Notes: a model not told the origin generated them from the sequence alone. A stretch of DNA of 64,000 nucleotides from Oceanispirochaeta sp. (GCA_963666275.2 CAXXOA010000001.1:32001-96000), one strand, 5' to 3'. Shown: positions 19,261 to 28,994, counted from the first letter of the stretch. Translations and numbers: made by a program.

Positions 19261-20397
19261 CTATCCCTGAAATATATAATTATTTAGCCAAAGTTCAAAA
19301 ACCGGATCCAGAATGGTCAGGGATGATGATGTTATATCAATGATGTCATTCTCTTCCAGCCGTTTCTTATTTTTACTGACGTTCCCGGAAGTTCCCAACT
19401 TGTATTTTTGCAGGATCGATGCAGAGTTCAGCGAGGTTTCTCCATTACATAGTGCCCTGAGTAGATTTATCTGACTTGGACTGAAGCCTTCGAATTCCCT
19501 TGTAAAGAAAGGGCGGTTTGTATTGATTAACTGGTCTATTCCTGTATGAAATATTTCTTCGGTGACAATCTTTTCTGTCAGTGTCCAGATGATATGGGAC
19601 AGTTGTTGAACATAATAGGGGTGGTTTTTCATATGATCGGCAATTCTTCCGCAAAGAGCAGATGGAATGTCCTTTCCTGTTCTCTGAAAAGAATCTCCGA
19701 TGAAATCCACCCAGTGCTGCCGATCAATTTTTTCAAGAAAAAGAACTGTACCGAATCGATAGAACGGACTATTCTGGTTGTGGAAAATATGACTCATCAT
19801 ATGACGTTTACTGCCATACAGGCAGTAGGTCGTTAAACTGTGTGTCTGCCAGCGGCTGCGCAGCTCTTTCAGCAGTTCTTTGGGCTGTCCATATTGTGAG
19901 AGATTCTGAAATTCATCGATACATATCAGAAATTTTATTTTCTTCCTGCTAGCGATTTTCTCGGGTAAATCGAGAATCTCATGACGATGTTCTGAGACTT
20001 CACTAATATTGAAACTGAGAGATATATCTCCTCCCGCTGTATCAGGAGCAAGGGTAATCTTTGGGACTATGTTTTTCAGAAATGTTTTGGTATTCTGAAT
20101 TATTTCTTCCAGCTTTCCCGATGACGCTTTAATAACCTCTTTGGCATAAAGTTCCAGAAACTCCTCTTCAGTTCTTATACTGAAAAGATCTATCATTATG
20201 ACACGATATTGCTGATTTGGAATGAATGTCTCATCCATATACTTTTTTATTAATGAAGATTTGCCCCAGCGACGGGGAGATATAAGGATGGTCGATAAAC
20301 TGCTGGACAGGTTGGATTTGAGTAATTTCATGATCTCTTCCCTGTCTGTGAAGGATCTTCCTGATACAATTCTACCGAAAGAAAAGGGCGAAGTCAT
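19261..20397 (-). CDS. AAA ATPase (archaeal-ATPase/ATPase_2-like) with probable C-terminal winged helix
   Basis: ATG 20397 with AAGGAG; PFSFG, FTDRE, SPRRWGKSS, IDEFQ, HPYYVQ, DPVFELWL; visibly AT-richer than its neighbours. Confidence 0.85.
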   Translation of the reverse strand: MTSPFSFGRIVSGRSFTDREEIMKLLKSNLSSSLSTILISPRRWGKSSLIKKYMDETFIPNQQYRVIMIDLFSIRTEEEFLELYAKEVIKASSGKLEEIIQNTKTFLKNIVPKITLAPDTAGGDISLSFNISEVSEHRHEILDLPEKIASRKKIKFLICIDEFQNLSQYGQPKELLKELRSRWQTHSLTTYCLYGSKRHMMSHIFHNQNSPFYRFGTVLFLEKIDRQHWVDFIGDSFQRTGKDIPSALCGRIADHMKNHPYYVQQLSHIIWTLTEKIVTEEIFHTGIDQLINTNRPFFTREFEGFSPSQINLLRALCNGETSLNSASILQKYKLGTSGNVSKNKKRLEENDIIDITSSSLTILDPVFELWLNNYIFQG

Positions 20398-20406
20398 TTG
20401 AAACTC

Positions 20407-20449
20407 CTTGGTATGATACTCGATAGTAGCATACCAAGAGGTATCATGC
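20407..20449. promoter_or_regulatory. Three 9-bp palindromic boxes at 15-bp period, also forming a long inverted repeat
   Basis: GTATGATAC (20411), GTAGCATAC (20426), GTATCATGC (20441); CTTGGTATG/CATACCAAG inverted repeat at 20407-20438. Confidence 0.55.
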
Positions 20450-20480
20450 AATTAATAATTTATCTGAGAGAAGCTGGATA

Positions 20481-21968
20481 TCAGTTCAGATCTTCGATCC
20501 TGACGATTCCGATTTTATTCAGAACAATGCAGAAGTGGTAGATCTCTTCCTCTTCTATCTGACTGTCTTCCCTGAGGCTCATAATCAGATGGATTCTGTA
20601 GACCCGGTTTCCTTTGATTTTCAGTTTTTTCCGGTTCTCCAGGCGGTAGAAGATGTCTTTGGGATCATCCATCTCCTTGAGCCAGTCCTGAATGTTGATC
20701 CGGATTATTTCGGTGATACTGCTGGTCCGGCTGTGATGGTCCCTCAGTTTCCGGGACTTCAGCTCTATGATCCGTTTATAGTGAATGATATCCTGTTCCG
20801 GCAGGATCGAGCGGAAAGGGTTGGGCTGCTGATACCGGGCTTTCAGGATCTTCACCGGGACATCTCCGGCCTTTTCAAATCCCGCATATCCCCTGCTGAC
20901 ACCCACTTTTTTCTGCTGGGCCCTGTCAAAAAGGAGCGAGAGCTGATCCGAGGTAATCCGGGGCATCAGTTTCTTCATCCACTCCCGGAGGACTTCCTTG
21001 ATTCTGTCTTTGAACACATAGGACATGACAATCAGCAGTATCCAGGGAAGGCTGTTGGGAATGAACATCTTTCCGGCGAAGATCGTCACAAGCACCGCGA
21101 AAATCATAGCCACACCGGCGGCGATTCCCGCTATGATATGGCCCACTCTATGAGGGGTTCTGCTCTCTTCCAGGTTCATGTACATGGCTGACTGGGACCA
21201 CTTTTTGAGGATACTCTCCCTGTAGGCCATCCTTTCCCCCGAGTAGGGGTCGTTTTCCCTGTAGAGGTACTCGTATTTCATGCTCTCCCTGTAGACTGTT
21301 TCCGCCCGGGTTATCTCCTCATAGGAACTGAGCAGTTCCTCAGGGTTCTCCAGGGACAGGCTGTAGGTAAACAGCCGGTTCAGGGCCCTCTCCGTGGTTA
21401 TGCTTATGGATTCATCCGCCCAGGCCAGGGCGGTTCTCTGGACTTCTGAAACCCGGGGATTGATAAAGGCTTCGTGGAGTTTCCGGAAGGTTTTGAGAAA
21501 GGTCTGAACCTCATCCAGAAAGACATGGATCCTTCTGATACACATACTGTCCATATTGCGTTTCTGGATCTCATTGTTTATCAGTTCTACCGTGTTATCC
21601 ACTTCCACCTTATAGATATTCGCAAGAATCTGAAGCTCATGGAGGAGGACATCCCTCCTGCGGGGCTGCTTGATTTCAGGAATTTCCATAAAATTGAGGA
21701 TCCGGGTAATCGGGCTGAGTTTGTTTTTTTTATCCACCAGCATTTTCAGAGAAAGCCCGGGGGTGGAAAACCTTGTATAGACTTTAATGTTTTCTATAAA
21801 ACGTTTTACACCTATACGCCTTCCTGTGACATTCAGCTGGTTGGGGAAGAAAAAGTAGAAATCCATCTGGTAGTCGGTGAGCTTTTTATCCTTCAGGAGG
21901 GGATATTCCGATTTCAGTTCAAGGTGATGGCGGCTATGGACCCGGATGGAACAGTTGTATTCTTTCAT
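20481..21968 (-). CDS. Hypothetical membrane protein with two central TM helices
   Basis: 495-aa ORF filling the gap; hydrophobic IIAGIAAGVAMIFAVLVTIF and WILLIVMSYVF; no motif recognised. Confidence 0.75.
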   Translation of the reverse strand: MKEYNCSIRVHSRHHLELKSEYPLLKDKKLTDYQMDFYFFFPNQLNVTGRRIGVKRFIENIKVYTRFSTPGLSLKMLVDKKNKLSPITRILNFMEIPEIKQPRRRDVLLHELQILANIYKVEVDNTVELINNEIQKRNMDSMCIRRIHVFLDEVQTFLKTFRKLHEAFINPRVSEVQRTALAWADESISITTERALNRLFTYSLSLENPEELLSSYEEITRAETVYRESMKYEYLYRENDPYSGERMAYRESILKKWSQSAMYMNLEESRTPHRVGHIIAGIAAGVAMIFAVLVTIFAGKMFIPNSLPWILLIVMSYVFKDRIKEVLREWMKKLMPRITSDQLSLLFDRAQQKKVGVSRGYAGFEKAGDVPVKILKARYQQPNPFRSILPEQDIIHYKRIIELKSRKLRDHHSRTSSITEIIRINIQDWLKEMDDPKDIFYRLENRKKLKIKGNRVYRIHLIMSLREDSQIEEEEIYHFCIVLNKIGIVRIEDLN

Positions 21969-22066
21969 ATTTTTTTCTCAAATGTTAAAAAACTAACAAT
22001 AAACTAACATAACTGTGATTGCAAGGGCCTCCCTCTGGAGGGGCGGCGGCCGTTATGGGGCAAAAA

Positions 22067-23152
22067 CTATTTTTTATACAGCCGCAGCTGGGTCTTGTCA
22101 AAACTCAGATAGGCTTTCTCTCCGGGAAGAAAATTGTGCCTGTCCGGCCCTGTATTGGGTTTATGGATATTGAGGAATGATCCGTCGAATTCCACTCTGT
22201 ACTCGGTATGGGAACCCAGAAAGGATTTCACATCCACAACCGCACAGTAATCTCCAGGCTGCCGGCTTATACTGACCGCTTCGGGTTTGATGGAAAGATA
22301 TACCTCTTCGCCTTCATGGAAATACCGGGCGTGTTTTTCGACCTTCAGAACCAGGAGTTTCTCCTGCAGCCTCAGGGATATGCGGTGCCCCTCAATCTCT
22401 TCTATGACGGCTGTGAGAAAGTTGGTGTTCCCTATGAAATCCGCTACAAAAGGGGTAGCCGGAGAGTTGTAGATCTCTTCGGGGGATCCCGACTGAATCA
22501 TCTCTCCCCGGTTCATGACAATGATCCTGTCGGAAAGGCTCAGAGCCTCAGACTGGTCGTGGGTCACATAAATGACTGTGATTCCCAGCATCCTGTGGAC
22601 CCTTTTGATCTCTGTTCTTGTCTGAATCCGCAATTTGACATCCAGGTTGGACAGAGGTTCGTCAAACAGGATGATATGGGGTTTCAGAACCAGGGTTCTG
22701 GCCAGAGCCACCCGCTGCTGCTGTCCTCCCGACAGTTCCGAGGGAAAGCGGTTTTCCAGTCCGACAAGATTCACAACCTGACAGGCCATGGCCACATCGT
22801 TGCGGATCACTTCCCGGGACATCTTTCTGGCCCTCAGACCGTAGGCTATATTTTCGAAAACAGTCATATGGGGGAAGAGGGCGTAGCTCTGAAACACCAT
22901 GGGCATGGACCTTTTGTGAGGGGCCAGGGCGTTTATGTTCCTGCCCTCCAGGAATATCTGACCCTCCGAGGGGGCTTCCAGGCCTGCAATGATCCGCAGT
23001 GCCGTGGTTTTTCCGCTCCCCGAGGGGCCCAGAAGGGTCAGGAATTCCCCTTTCCGGACTTCCAGGTTCAATCTGTCCAGTGCAGATATTTCCTTCTCGG
23101 TACCGGGGAAATATTTTTTACTGATGTCTTTTAAAACAAGATACTCTTTCAT
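22067..23152 (-). CDS. ABC ATP-binding protein (FbpC/AfuC/PotA type), transporter 1
   Basis: GPSGSGKTT, FQSYALFPH, LSGGQQQR, DEPLSNLD; TOBE-like tail. Confidence 0.95.
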   Translation of the reverse strand: MKEYLVLKDISKKYFPGTEKEISALDRLNLEVRKGEFLTLLGPSGSGKTTALRIIAGLEAPSEGQIFLEGRNINALAPHKRSMPMVFQSYALFPHMTVFENIAYGLRARKMSREVIRNDVAMACQVVNLVGLENRFPSELSGGQQQRVALARTLVLKPHIILFDEPLSNLDVKLRIQTRTEIKRVHRMLGITVIYVTHDQSEALSLSDRIIVMNRGEMIQSGSPEEIYNSPATPFVADFIGNTNFLTAVIEEIEGHRISLRLQEKLLVLKVEKHARYFHEGEEVYLSIKPEAVSISRQPGDYCAVVDVKSFLGSHTEYRVEFDGSFLNIHKPNTGPDRHNFLPGEKAYLSFDKTQLRLYKK

Positions 23153-23161
23153 CAGGACTTC

Positions 23162-24826
23162 CTAAAACTGATTTGTGGTCAGGTACAGACCGGTTCTGCC
23201 TCCCCTGATGATCCGGGAGAGGATAAGAACAAACAGAGCTGTAATCACAATAAGGGAAAATGACATGACCGATGCCACTCCCAGGCGCATTATCTCTGTC
23301 TGGGCCAGTATCAGAACCGACATATGATTCCATCGGGCCGATATGAGAAAGATGATGGCACTGATGGCTGTCATACTTCGTATAAACGCGTAGGTGGCCC
23401 CGGCGAAAAAAGCCGGTCTGATCATGGGAATGGTGATCCGCCGGAGAATATAGGCGCTGTTCCCTCCCAGATTGGCCGCGGACTGGTCTATCTCCGGGGA
23501 AATCTGGCTTAACGCGGCGATGCCTCCTTCCACCCCGATGGGGAGATTCCGGAATACATACACAGCAATCAGGATAAAGGCTGTGCCCGAGAGCTTGAAG
23601 GGGCTGTGATTGAAGGCCAGCACATAGCTGATGCCCACCACTGTCCCGGGGATCGCATAGATCAGCAGGGACAGGTACTCGGGGATCCGCTTGCCCGGAA
23701 ATTTACCGTTGCGGCTCAGAAAGGCAATGAAAACCCCGAAAACCGCGGTGACCGGGGTGGAGACCAGCGCCAGGAGCAGGGTGTTCAGGAGGGTTTTGAA
23801 TCCCACATCATAGCTGTAGATAAAATGCTCCAGAGTCAGGGACCAGTCTTCTCCCCAGAGTTTGATAAAACTTCCGGCCATGATGGTTCCGTAGATCAGA
23901 AGGGTCAGGGCTGCCACAAGAGAGCAGAAGAGAAACAGCGCTGTTTTTATCTCTCTGCTCACAATATCACTGCTGTTCCGCCTGAAGTTTCCCGAAACAG
24001 TGACAAAATTCCGTCCTTTCAGTAAGCGCTTCTGAAAGATGAACACTCCCGTGGCGGGGAGTATCATCAGCAGGGCCAGGGCCGTCCCTCTCGTCAGATC
24101 TCCCATTCCCGTAAACTCCAGATAGGCCTGTACGGAGATCACGTTGAAGTCTCCCCCGATAATGATGGGATTGCCGAAATCCGTCAGGGATCCCACGAAT
24201 GTAAGGAGCCAGGAGGCTGTGAGCCCCGGAGTCATCAGTTTCAGGGTGATGGTCCGGAATACCCGCATTTTTCCGGCTCCCAGGTTCAGTCCTGCCGCCT
24301 CCAGATCCGGATTTATGCCCTGAACGATTCCCGAAAGGGTCAGGTAGGAGATGGGAAACAGGCCTATGGTCTGCACCAGCAGCAGCCCCTTCAGGCCGTA
24401 GATCTCCAGGTTGTCCAGGCCGAGCAGCCCCGCGGAGATCAGGCCGTTCCGTCCGAACAGCAGGATCGCCGACAGGGCGAACATGAAGGGCGGGGATATG
24501 AGGGGAAGGATGGCCATGGCCTGAAAAAGGCGCCGTCCCGGGATCAGCGCTTTATGGATCCCGTAGGAAAAAAGGAATCCTGTTATGGTAGCCAGGGTGG
24601 CGGTCAGCCCCCCCAGGAGAAGGCTGTTTGTCATGGCTCTCAGGTTCTGTGACTGATGAAAAACCTCTCTGTAGACGGCCAGACTGAAGTTCTGCCCCTC
24701 ATGTAGGGTGATCCTGACAGCCGAATAGAGAGGATAGAGGATAAAGAGGATCAGCAGCAGAAAGAGAAGGGCTCCTGCCGCCGGAAGGAGCAGATCCCTC
24801 CGGGGGGACCGGAATCTAATTCCCAT
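23162..24826 (-). CDS. Fused ABC permease (FbpB/AfuB type), transporter 1
   Basis: ISPPF, DFGNP and IPGTVVGISY motifs, two EAA-like loops; start probably ATG 24826 overlapping the SBP stop. Confidence 0.9.
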   Translation of the reverse strand: MGIRFRSPRRDLLLPAAGALLFLLLILFILYPLYSAVRITLHEGQNFSLAVYREVFHQSQNLRAMTNSLLLGGLTATLATITGFLFSYGIHKALIPGRRLFQAMAILPLISPPFMFALSAILLFGRNGLISAGLLGLDNLEIYGLKGLLLVQTIGLFPISYLTLSGIVQGINPDLEAAGLNLGAGKMRVFRTITLKLMTPGLTASWLLTFVGSLTDFGNPIIIGGDFNVISVQAYLEFTGMGDLTRGTALALLMILPATGVFIFQKRLLKGRNFVTVSGNFRRNSSDIVSREIKTALFLFCSLVAALTLLIYGTIMAGSFIKLWGEDWSLTLEHFIYSYDVGFKTLLNTLLLALVSTPVTAVFGVFIAFLSRNGKFPGKRIPEYLSLLIYAIPGTVVGISYVLAFNHSPFKLSGTAFILIAVYVFRNLPIGVEGGIAALSQISPEIDQSAANLGGNSAYILRRITIPMIRPAFFAGATYAFIRSMTAISAIIFLISARWNHMSVLILAQTEIMRLGVASVMSFSLIVITALFVLILSRIIRGGRTGLYLTTNQF

Positions 24827-25841
24827 CGCCGGATCCGATCGTTCTGTTCCACCGTTCCACGAGCCTCTGTTTATTGGCGGCGCTCCAAAGGTCATCCTGA
24901 AGAACCACATTCACATCTTCGATGGTAAAGGACTCGGATTCCGAGGGGGTCCTGTGAAAGGGAACCACATAGTGGGAGGCAAAAATTCTGGCCGCAGAAC
25001 CGCCCAGGGCCCAATTGAAGAGGGTCTCCGCCTGGGGCCGTTCACTCTCCGGTCCGTTTTTTATGAGGGATATAGAGGCAATCTCATACCCGGTTCCCTC
25101 CCGGGGAAAGGTTATCACCACAGGATAGCCCTCGTTTTTCAGGTACAGCGCATCATGGGTGTAGCCTATGGCAATGGCCACTTCTCCTATGCTCATATTT
25201 TTTCCCGGAGCCAGGCCGGAACGGGTGTAGTGGGTTATGTTTCTATCCAGTTCCTTCATGTAGGCAAAGGCTTCCTCTTCTCCGTAAATATGGATCAGGG
25301 TGGTGAGGATGCTGAAGGAGGTTCCCGAGGACCCGGGATTGGACATCTGGATATGGTTCCTGTATTCGGGACGGATCAGATCCTCCCAGGAATCCGGCGG
25401 CGACAACCCGTACTGGTCAAGCTTCTCCCTGTTGCTCTCAAAACAGAGCGGGCTGGCGTAGAGGCCCGTCCAGTAGTACTCGGGATCCCGGGAGTAGGGG
25501 AGGTCCGAACCGTTGGGAGAACGGAAAGGTTCGGTGAGCCCCTTGTTTTTGGCTTCTATATGGCCCAGACCGACCCCTCCGATCCAGAGGCTGGCATGGG
25601 GATTGCTCTGCTCCGTCTCCAGACGGGCCACACACTCTCCTGTGGACAGGCGTATCCAGTCCACCTGAATGCCAGTCTCTTTTGTAAAGGCTTTGAAGAG
25701 TTTCCTTGCCAGTTCCTCATCCAGGGTGGTATAGGCTGTGACCCTTTCGGGACGGGAGCAGCCTGAAAGGAAGAGAGTCAGAAGGATCACCGCAGCAAGG
25801 AGATGCCAGGGCCGGAATGCGGATGTCTCAGTATTTCGCAA
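24816..25841 (-). CDS. ABC substrate-binding lipoprotein (AfuA-like), transporter 1
   Basis: Lipobox LSGC; RLSTGE, NPGSSGT, YTHD, EGTGYEI; TTG start. Confidence 0.88.
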   Translation of the reverse strand: MRNTETSAFRPWHLLAAVILLTLFLSGCSRPERVTAYTTLDEELARKLFKAFTKETGIQVDWIRLSTGECVARLETEQSNPHASLWIGGVGLGHIEAKNKGLTEPFRSPNGSDLPYSRDPEYYWTGLYASPLCFESNREKLDQYGLSPPDSWEDLIRPEYRNHIQMSNPGSSGTSFSILTTLIHIYGEEEAFAYMKELDRNITHYTRSGLAPGKNMSIGEVAIAIGYTHDALYLKNEGYPVVITFPREGTGYEIASISLIKNGPESERPQAETLFNWALGGSAARIFASHYVVPFHRTPSESESFTIEDVNVVLQDDLWSAANKQRLVERWNRTIGSGDGN

Positions 25842-26511
25842 GCTTATAGCCTCTCCCTCTTTCGGTCAGAAGATAGACCGGTTCCGACGGGTCGGGTTCG
25901 ATCTTTTTTCTCAGTCGCCGGACATTGACTTTTACCATCTCCCGGCCCCCTTCCCAGTCTTCATACCCCCAGACCTCCCGGAGCAGGACCTGCCAGGACA
26001 TGACCCAGTCGATCTTACGGCCCAGAACTTCGAGGAGCCTGAATTCCATGGGCGTCAGCTTGATCTCCCGGGAAGAGAAAAAGACCTCTTCCCTGTCCGG
26101 ATCGATAGAAAGCTCTCCTGTTCTGATAACAGAGTGCTCTTCCGTATGATAGGAACGGACCAGAAGTTTTTTGACCCGCAGAGTCAGTTCCTTATGGTTG
26201 AAGGGTTTTCTTATGTAGTCTTCCGCACCAATCTCCAGACCCGAGATAACATCGCTGTCCTTGTCCCGGCAGCTGAGGATGATCACAGGAATATGTTCCG
26301 AGATCTTGATCCTGTTGCAGACTTCCAGTCCGTTGATTCCCGGAAGATTGATATCCAGAAGAACCAGGTCCACTTTCTCTTTTCTGAGCAGCGAGAGCCC
26401 GTCTTCTCCCGAAAGAGCCGAAAGGACCCGGTAGCCCTCATCTTTCATGAGAAATTCCAGAATCCGGACCAGATGGAGATCGTCTTCAATGATCAGTATG
26501 GTTTGTTCCAG
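25828..26511 (-). CDS. OmpR/PhoB-family response regulator (probable CTG start)
   Basis: The REC N-terminus TILIIEDD lies upstream of the track ATG 26448; AAAGGAG sits 6 nt before CTG 26511; LLDINLP, KPF and wHTH TERGRGY. Confidence 0.88.
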   Translation of the reverse strand: MEQTILIIEDDLHLVRILEFLMKDEGYRVLSALSGEDGLSLLRKEKVDLVLLDINLPGINGLEVCNRIKISEHIPVIILSCRDKDSDVISGLEIGAEDYIRKPFNHKELTLRVKKLLVRSYHTEEHSVIRTGELSIDPDREEVFFSSREIKLTPMEFRLLEVLGRKIDWVMSWQVLLREVWGYEDWEGGREMVKVNVRRLRKKIEPDPSEPVYLLTERGRGYKLAKY

Positions 26512-27688
26512 AAAAAACTCCTTTGTATCGGGGGAGAGTGAATGATACGGTGGTACCGCTCCCCGGCAGAGAGCTGATATAGACCTCTCCCTTATGCTTT
26601 TTTATGATATCCCTCACAATTGTAAGCCCCAGGCCGGCCCCTTCGTTCTGATCCCGGCCGGGATCGCTGGACTGATAGAACTCGTTGAATACATGGGGTA
26701 TCTCTTTTTTTTCAATCCCGCTGCCCCTGTCGTGAACCGAGACCACCAGGCACTGCTCGTTCTCCTGAAGCTGAACCGTAATTTCAGAACCTTCCGTGCT
26801 GTTCTTGCTGCCGTTATGGATCAGGTTCAGCAGGACCTGTTCCAGCCAGCGGCGGTCTCCCAGTGTCTTTGAAAGGAGAGAGGGATAGTTGTATCTGAGA
26901 GTCTGTTTTTTCGAATCCAGAAAGGGTTTGATGTCGACCGCTGTCTTCCGGATGATTTTTCTCAGATCCAGAGGCTGCCGTTTCATGTCAAACCAGGCGA
27001 ATTCCACCTTTACCTGGGAGAGGATATTCTCCACCAGGTCATTGAGCCTTTTGGTGTTTTCCAGGGAGGAGGAGACAAGGGCCTTCTGGGTACTGTTCAG
27101 CGGCCCCGGTCTCTCTTCCATGACAAGTTCGTTGGAGGTCCGTATGACCGCCAGAGGGGTTCTCAGTTCGTGAGTCAGGGTGGAAAGGAGTTTGTTCTTG
27201 TTGTCCACAAGGTTCTTCATGTATTCATAGGCCCTGCGGGTTTCCTGGGCTTTGATTCCCACCATTTTCACAAGGAGAAAGATGCCTCCCCCCAGGGGGG
27301 GCAGGAAGAGCAGTTCCCTGCAGGTTCCTCTTATCAGAGCCCCTGTTGTCATGGTCAGCACGGCGAAAGAGAGGAAGAGTCCCGTAATCAGCCGGGGACG
27401 CTCGTTAAGAACAAGCTGTACCGCATACAGGCAGAGGAAGGGGAGGAGCAGAAAAGGGGATGTAAAGAGAAGCATCAGGTCCAGCAGGACGAGCTCGGAG
27501 ATCATCAGAACAGGATTTTCAAAAATATGCTCCCGGGAGGAGCTCAGACCGTAGGCATAGAAAAGGACTATCAGGGAGAAGGCCGTACAGATCCCCCATA
27601 ATGCGTGTACCGGCTCCTCTCGGGTGAAAAGATCCATGACCGCTGTCAGGAGTAGCATTAGGGATGTGAATAGTCTTGTTTTTTTCAC
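26486..27688 (-). CDS. Membrane-bound sensor histidine kinase
   Basis: N-terminal TM helices; THELRTPL, NLIHNG, DRGSGI, GAGLGL. Confidence 0.93.
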   Translation of the reverse strand: MKKTRLFTSLMLLLTAVMDLFTREEPVHALWGICTAFSLIVLFYAYGLSSSREHIFENPVLMISELVLLDLMLLFTSPFLLLPFLCLYAVQLVLNERPRLITGLFLSFAVLTMTTGALIRGTCRELLFLPPLGGGIFLLVKMVGIKAQETRRAYEYMKNLVDNKNKLLSTLTHELRTPLAVIRTSNELVMEERPGPLNSTQKALVSSSLENTKRLNDLVENILSQVKVEFAWFDMKRQPLDLRKIIRKTAVDIKPFLDSKKQTLRYNYPSLLSKTLGDRRWLEQVLLNLIHNGSKNSTEGSEITVQLQENEQCLVVSVHDRGSGIEKKEIPHVFNEFYQSSDPGRDQNEGAGLGLTIVRDIIKKHKGEVYISSLPGSGTTVSFTLPRYKGVFSGTNHTDH

Positions 27689-27836
27689 GGGAGTTCTTGA
27701 TCTCCGGGGACTTCAGGTGCTCTGTACTGCTTCTTCCATTGTACTCCAATTCGGGAATATGTCTATAAAAAACCCCGATGATCCCGGCTTCCCCGTGACA
27801 AATGGACAAATATGCACGGATCAATAAAAAACGCAA

Positions 27837-27875
27837 GTTACAAAATGGTTACAGTTGCGTAACAGTTCGGTAACA
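27837..27875 (+). promoter_or_regulatory. Four GT(T/A)ACA direct repeats at exact 11-bp period (OmpR/PhoB-type box)
   Basis: GTTACA 27837, GTTACA 27848, GTAACA 27859, GTAACA 27870, in the divergent intergenic region; -10-like TAGAAT at 27919. Confidence 0.72.
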
Positions 27876-27953
27876 ATCCCCGGACTGAGGTTTTCAACTG
27901 CCCGGTCCGGGCTTAGAGTAGAATCATACAAAGACTCAAAGGAGATATCAAAA

Positions 27954-28994
27954 ATGTTAAAAAAATCCCTTCTTCTTGCTGTCGTACTGGTTTCTTGTAC
28001 CGGTATGATCTTTGCAAGCGGTTCTCAGGACGGAGGAGCTGAAGACAAAGGAAGCCTGGTGTTCTATGCGGGACTTCAGGAAGATCACGCTGCCATGATC
28101 GCAGAGGAATTTGAAGCCCAGACAGGCATTAAAACGGAATTCGTCCGTATGAGCAGCGGAGAAATCCTTGCCAGACTGAAAGCGGAAAAAGATAATATGA
28201 CTGCCTCTGTATGGTACGGCGGACCCGTAGACGGTATCGTTGCAGCCAATGAGGAAGGCATCATTGAACCCTATGTTTCTCCCGAAGCTGTGAATATCCG
28301 GGAAGGTTTCAAGGAACCCGGCGGAATCTGGACCGGTATCTATATCGGTTATCTGGGATTCGTCGGAAACAAAGCCATTCTGGAAGAGAAAGGCCTTGAA
28401 ATGCCCACTTCCTGGGCGGACTTTCTGAAACCCGAATACAATCAGGAAATTGTCGTGGCACATCCCGGTTCCTCCGGAACAGCCTATACCATGCTGGCCA
28501 CACTGGTTCAGATGATGGGTGAAGATGAGGCCATGGAATACTTCAAAAAATTCAGTCCCCAGGTACGGCAGTACACCAAATCCGGAACTGCTCCCGGTAG
28601 AATGGCGGGACTGGGCGAAACCACCGTGGGGATCACATTCCTTCACGATGCCATCAAATACAAAAAAGAAGGATATGAGGACATCGTCATTTCTGCTCCC
28701 GCAGAGGGAACCGGATACGAAATCGGCGGTGTTGCCCTTCTGAAAAACGGCCCCGACCAGGAAAATGCCAAGAAATTCATCGACTGGGTTCTGACCAAAG
28801 AGGTTCAGGAAATGGGCAAAACCGTAGGATCCTTCCAGTTCCTTACCAATAAAGATGCCATGCCTCCCGAAGAAGCCATGCCTATCAGAGATACCAAGCT
28901 GATCGACTATGACTTTCAGTGGGCCGGTGAAAACAAAAGACGGCTTGTTGAGCGTTTCAGCCAGGAAACTTCTACAACCGCACCGACTGAATAA
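27954..28994 (+). CDS. ABC substrate-binding protein (AfuA-like), transporter 2
   Basis: ATG 27954 with AAGGAG; signal peptide; RMSSGE, HPGSSGTAY, FLHD, EGTGYEIG. Confidence 0.92.
   Translation: MLKKSLLLAVVLVSCTGMIFASGSQDGGAEDKGSLVFYAGLQEDHAAMIAEEFEAQTGIKTEFVRMSSGEILARLKAEKDNMTASVWYGGPVDGIVAANEEGIIEPYVSPEAVNIREGFKEPGGIWTGIYIGYLGFVGNKAILEEKGLEMPTSWADFLKPEYNQEIVVAHPGSSGTAYTMLATLVQMMGEDEAMEYFKKFSPQVRQYTKSGTAPGRMAGLGETTVGITFLHDAIKYKKEGYEDIVISAPAEGTGYEIGGVALLKNGPDQENAKKFIDWVLTKEVQEMGKTVGSFQFLTNKDAMPPEEAMPIRDTKLIDYDFQWAGENKRRLVERFSQETSTTAPTE

Noticed and set aside
27713..27715. Selenocysteine readthrough of the in-frame TGA upstream of the kinase
   Set aside because: It is not in a redox motif, there is no convincing SECIS, and a downstream GTG start exists.
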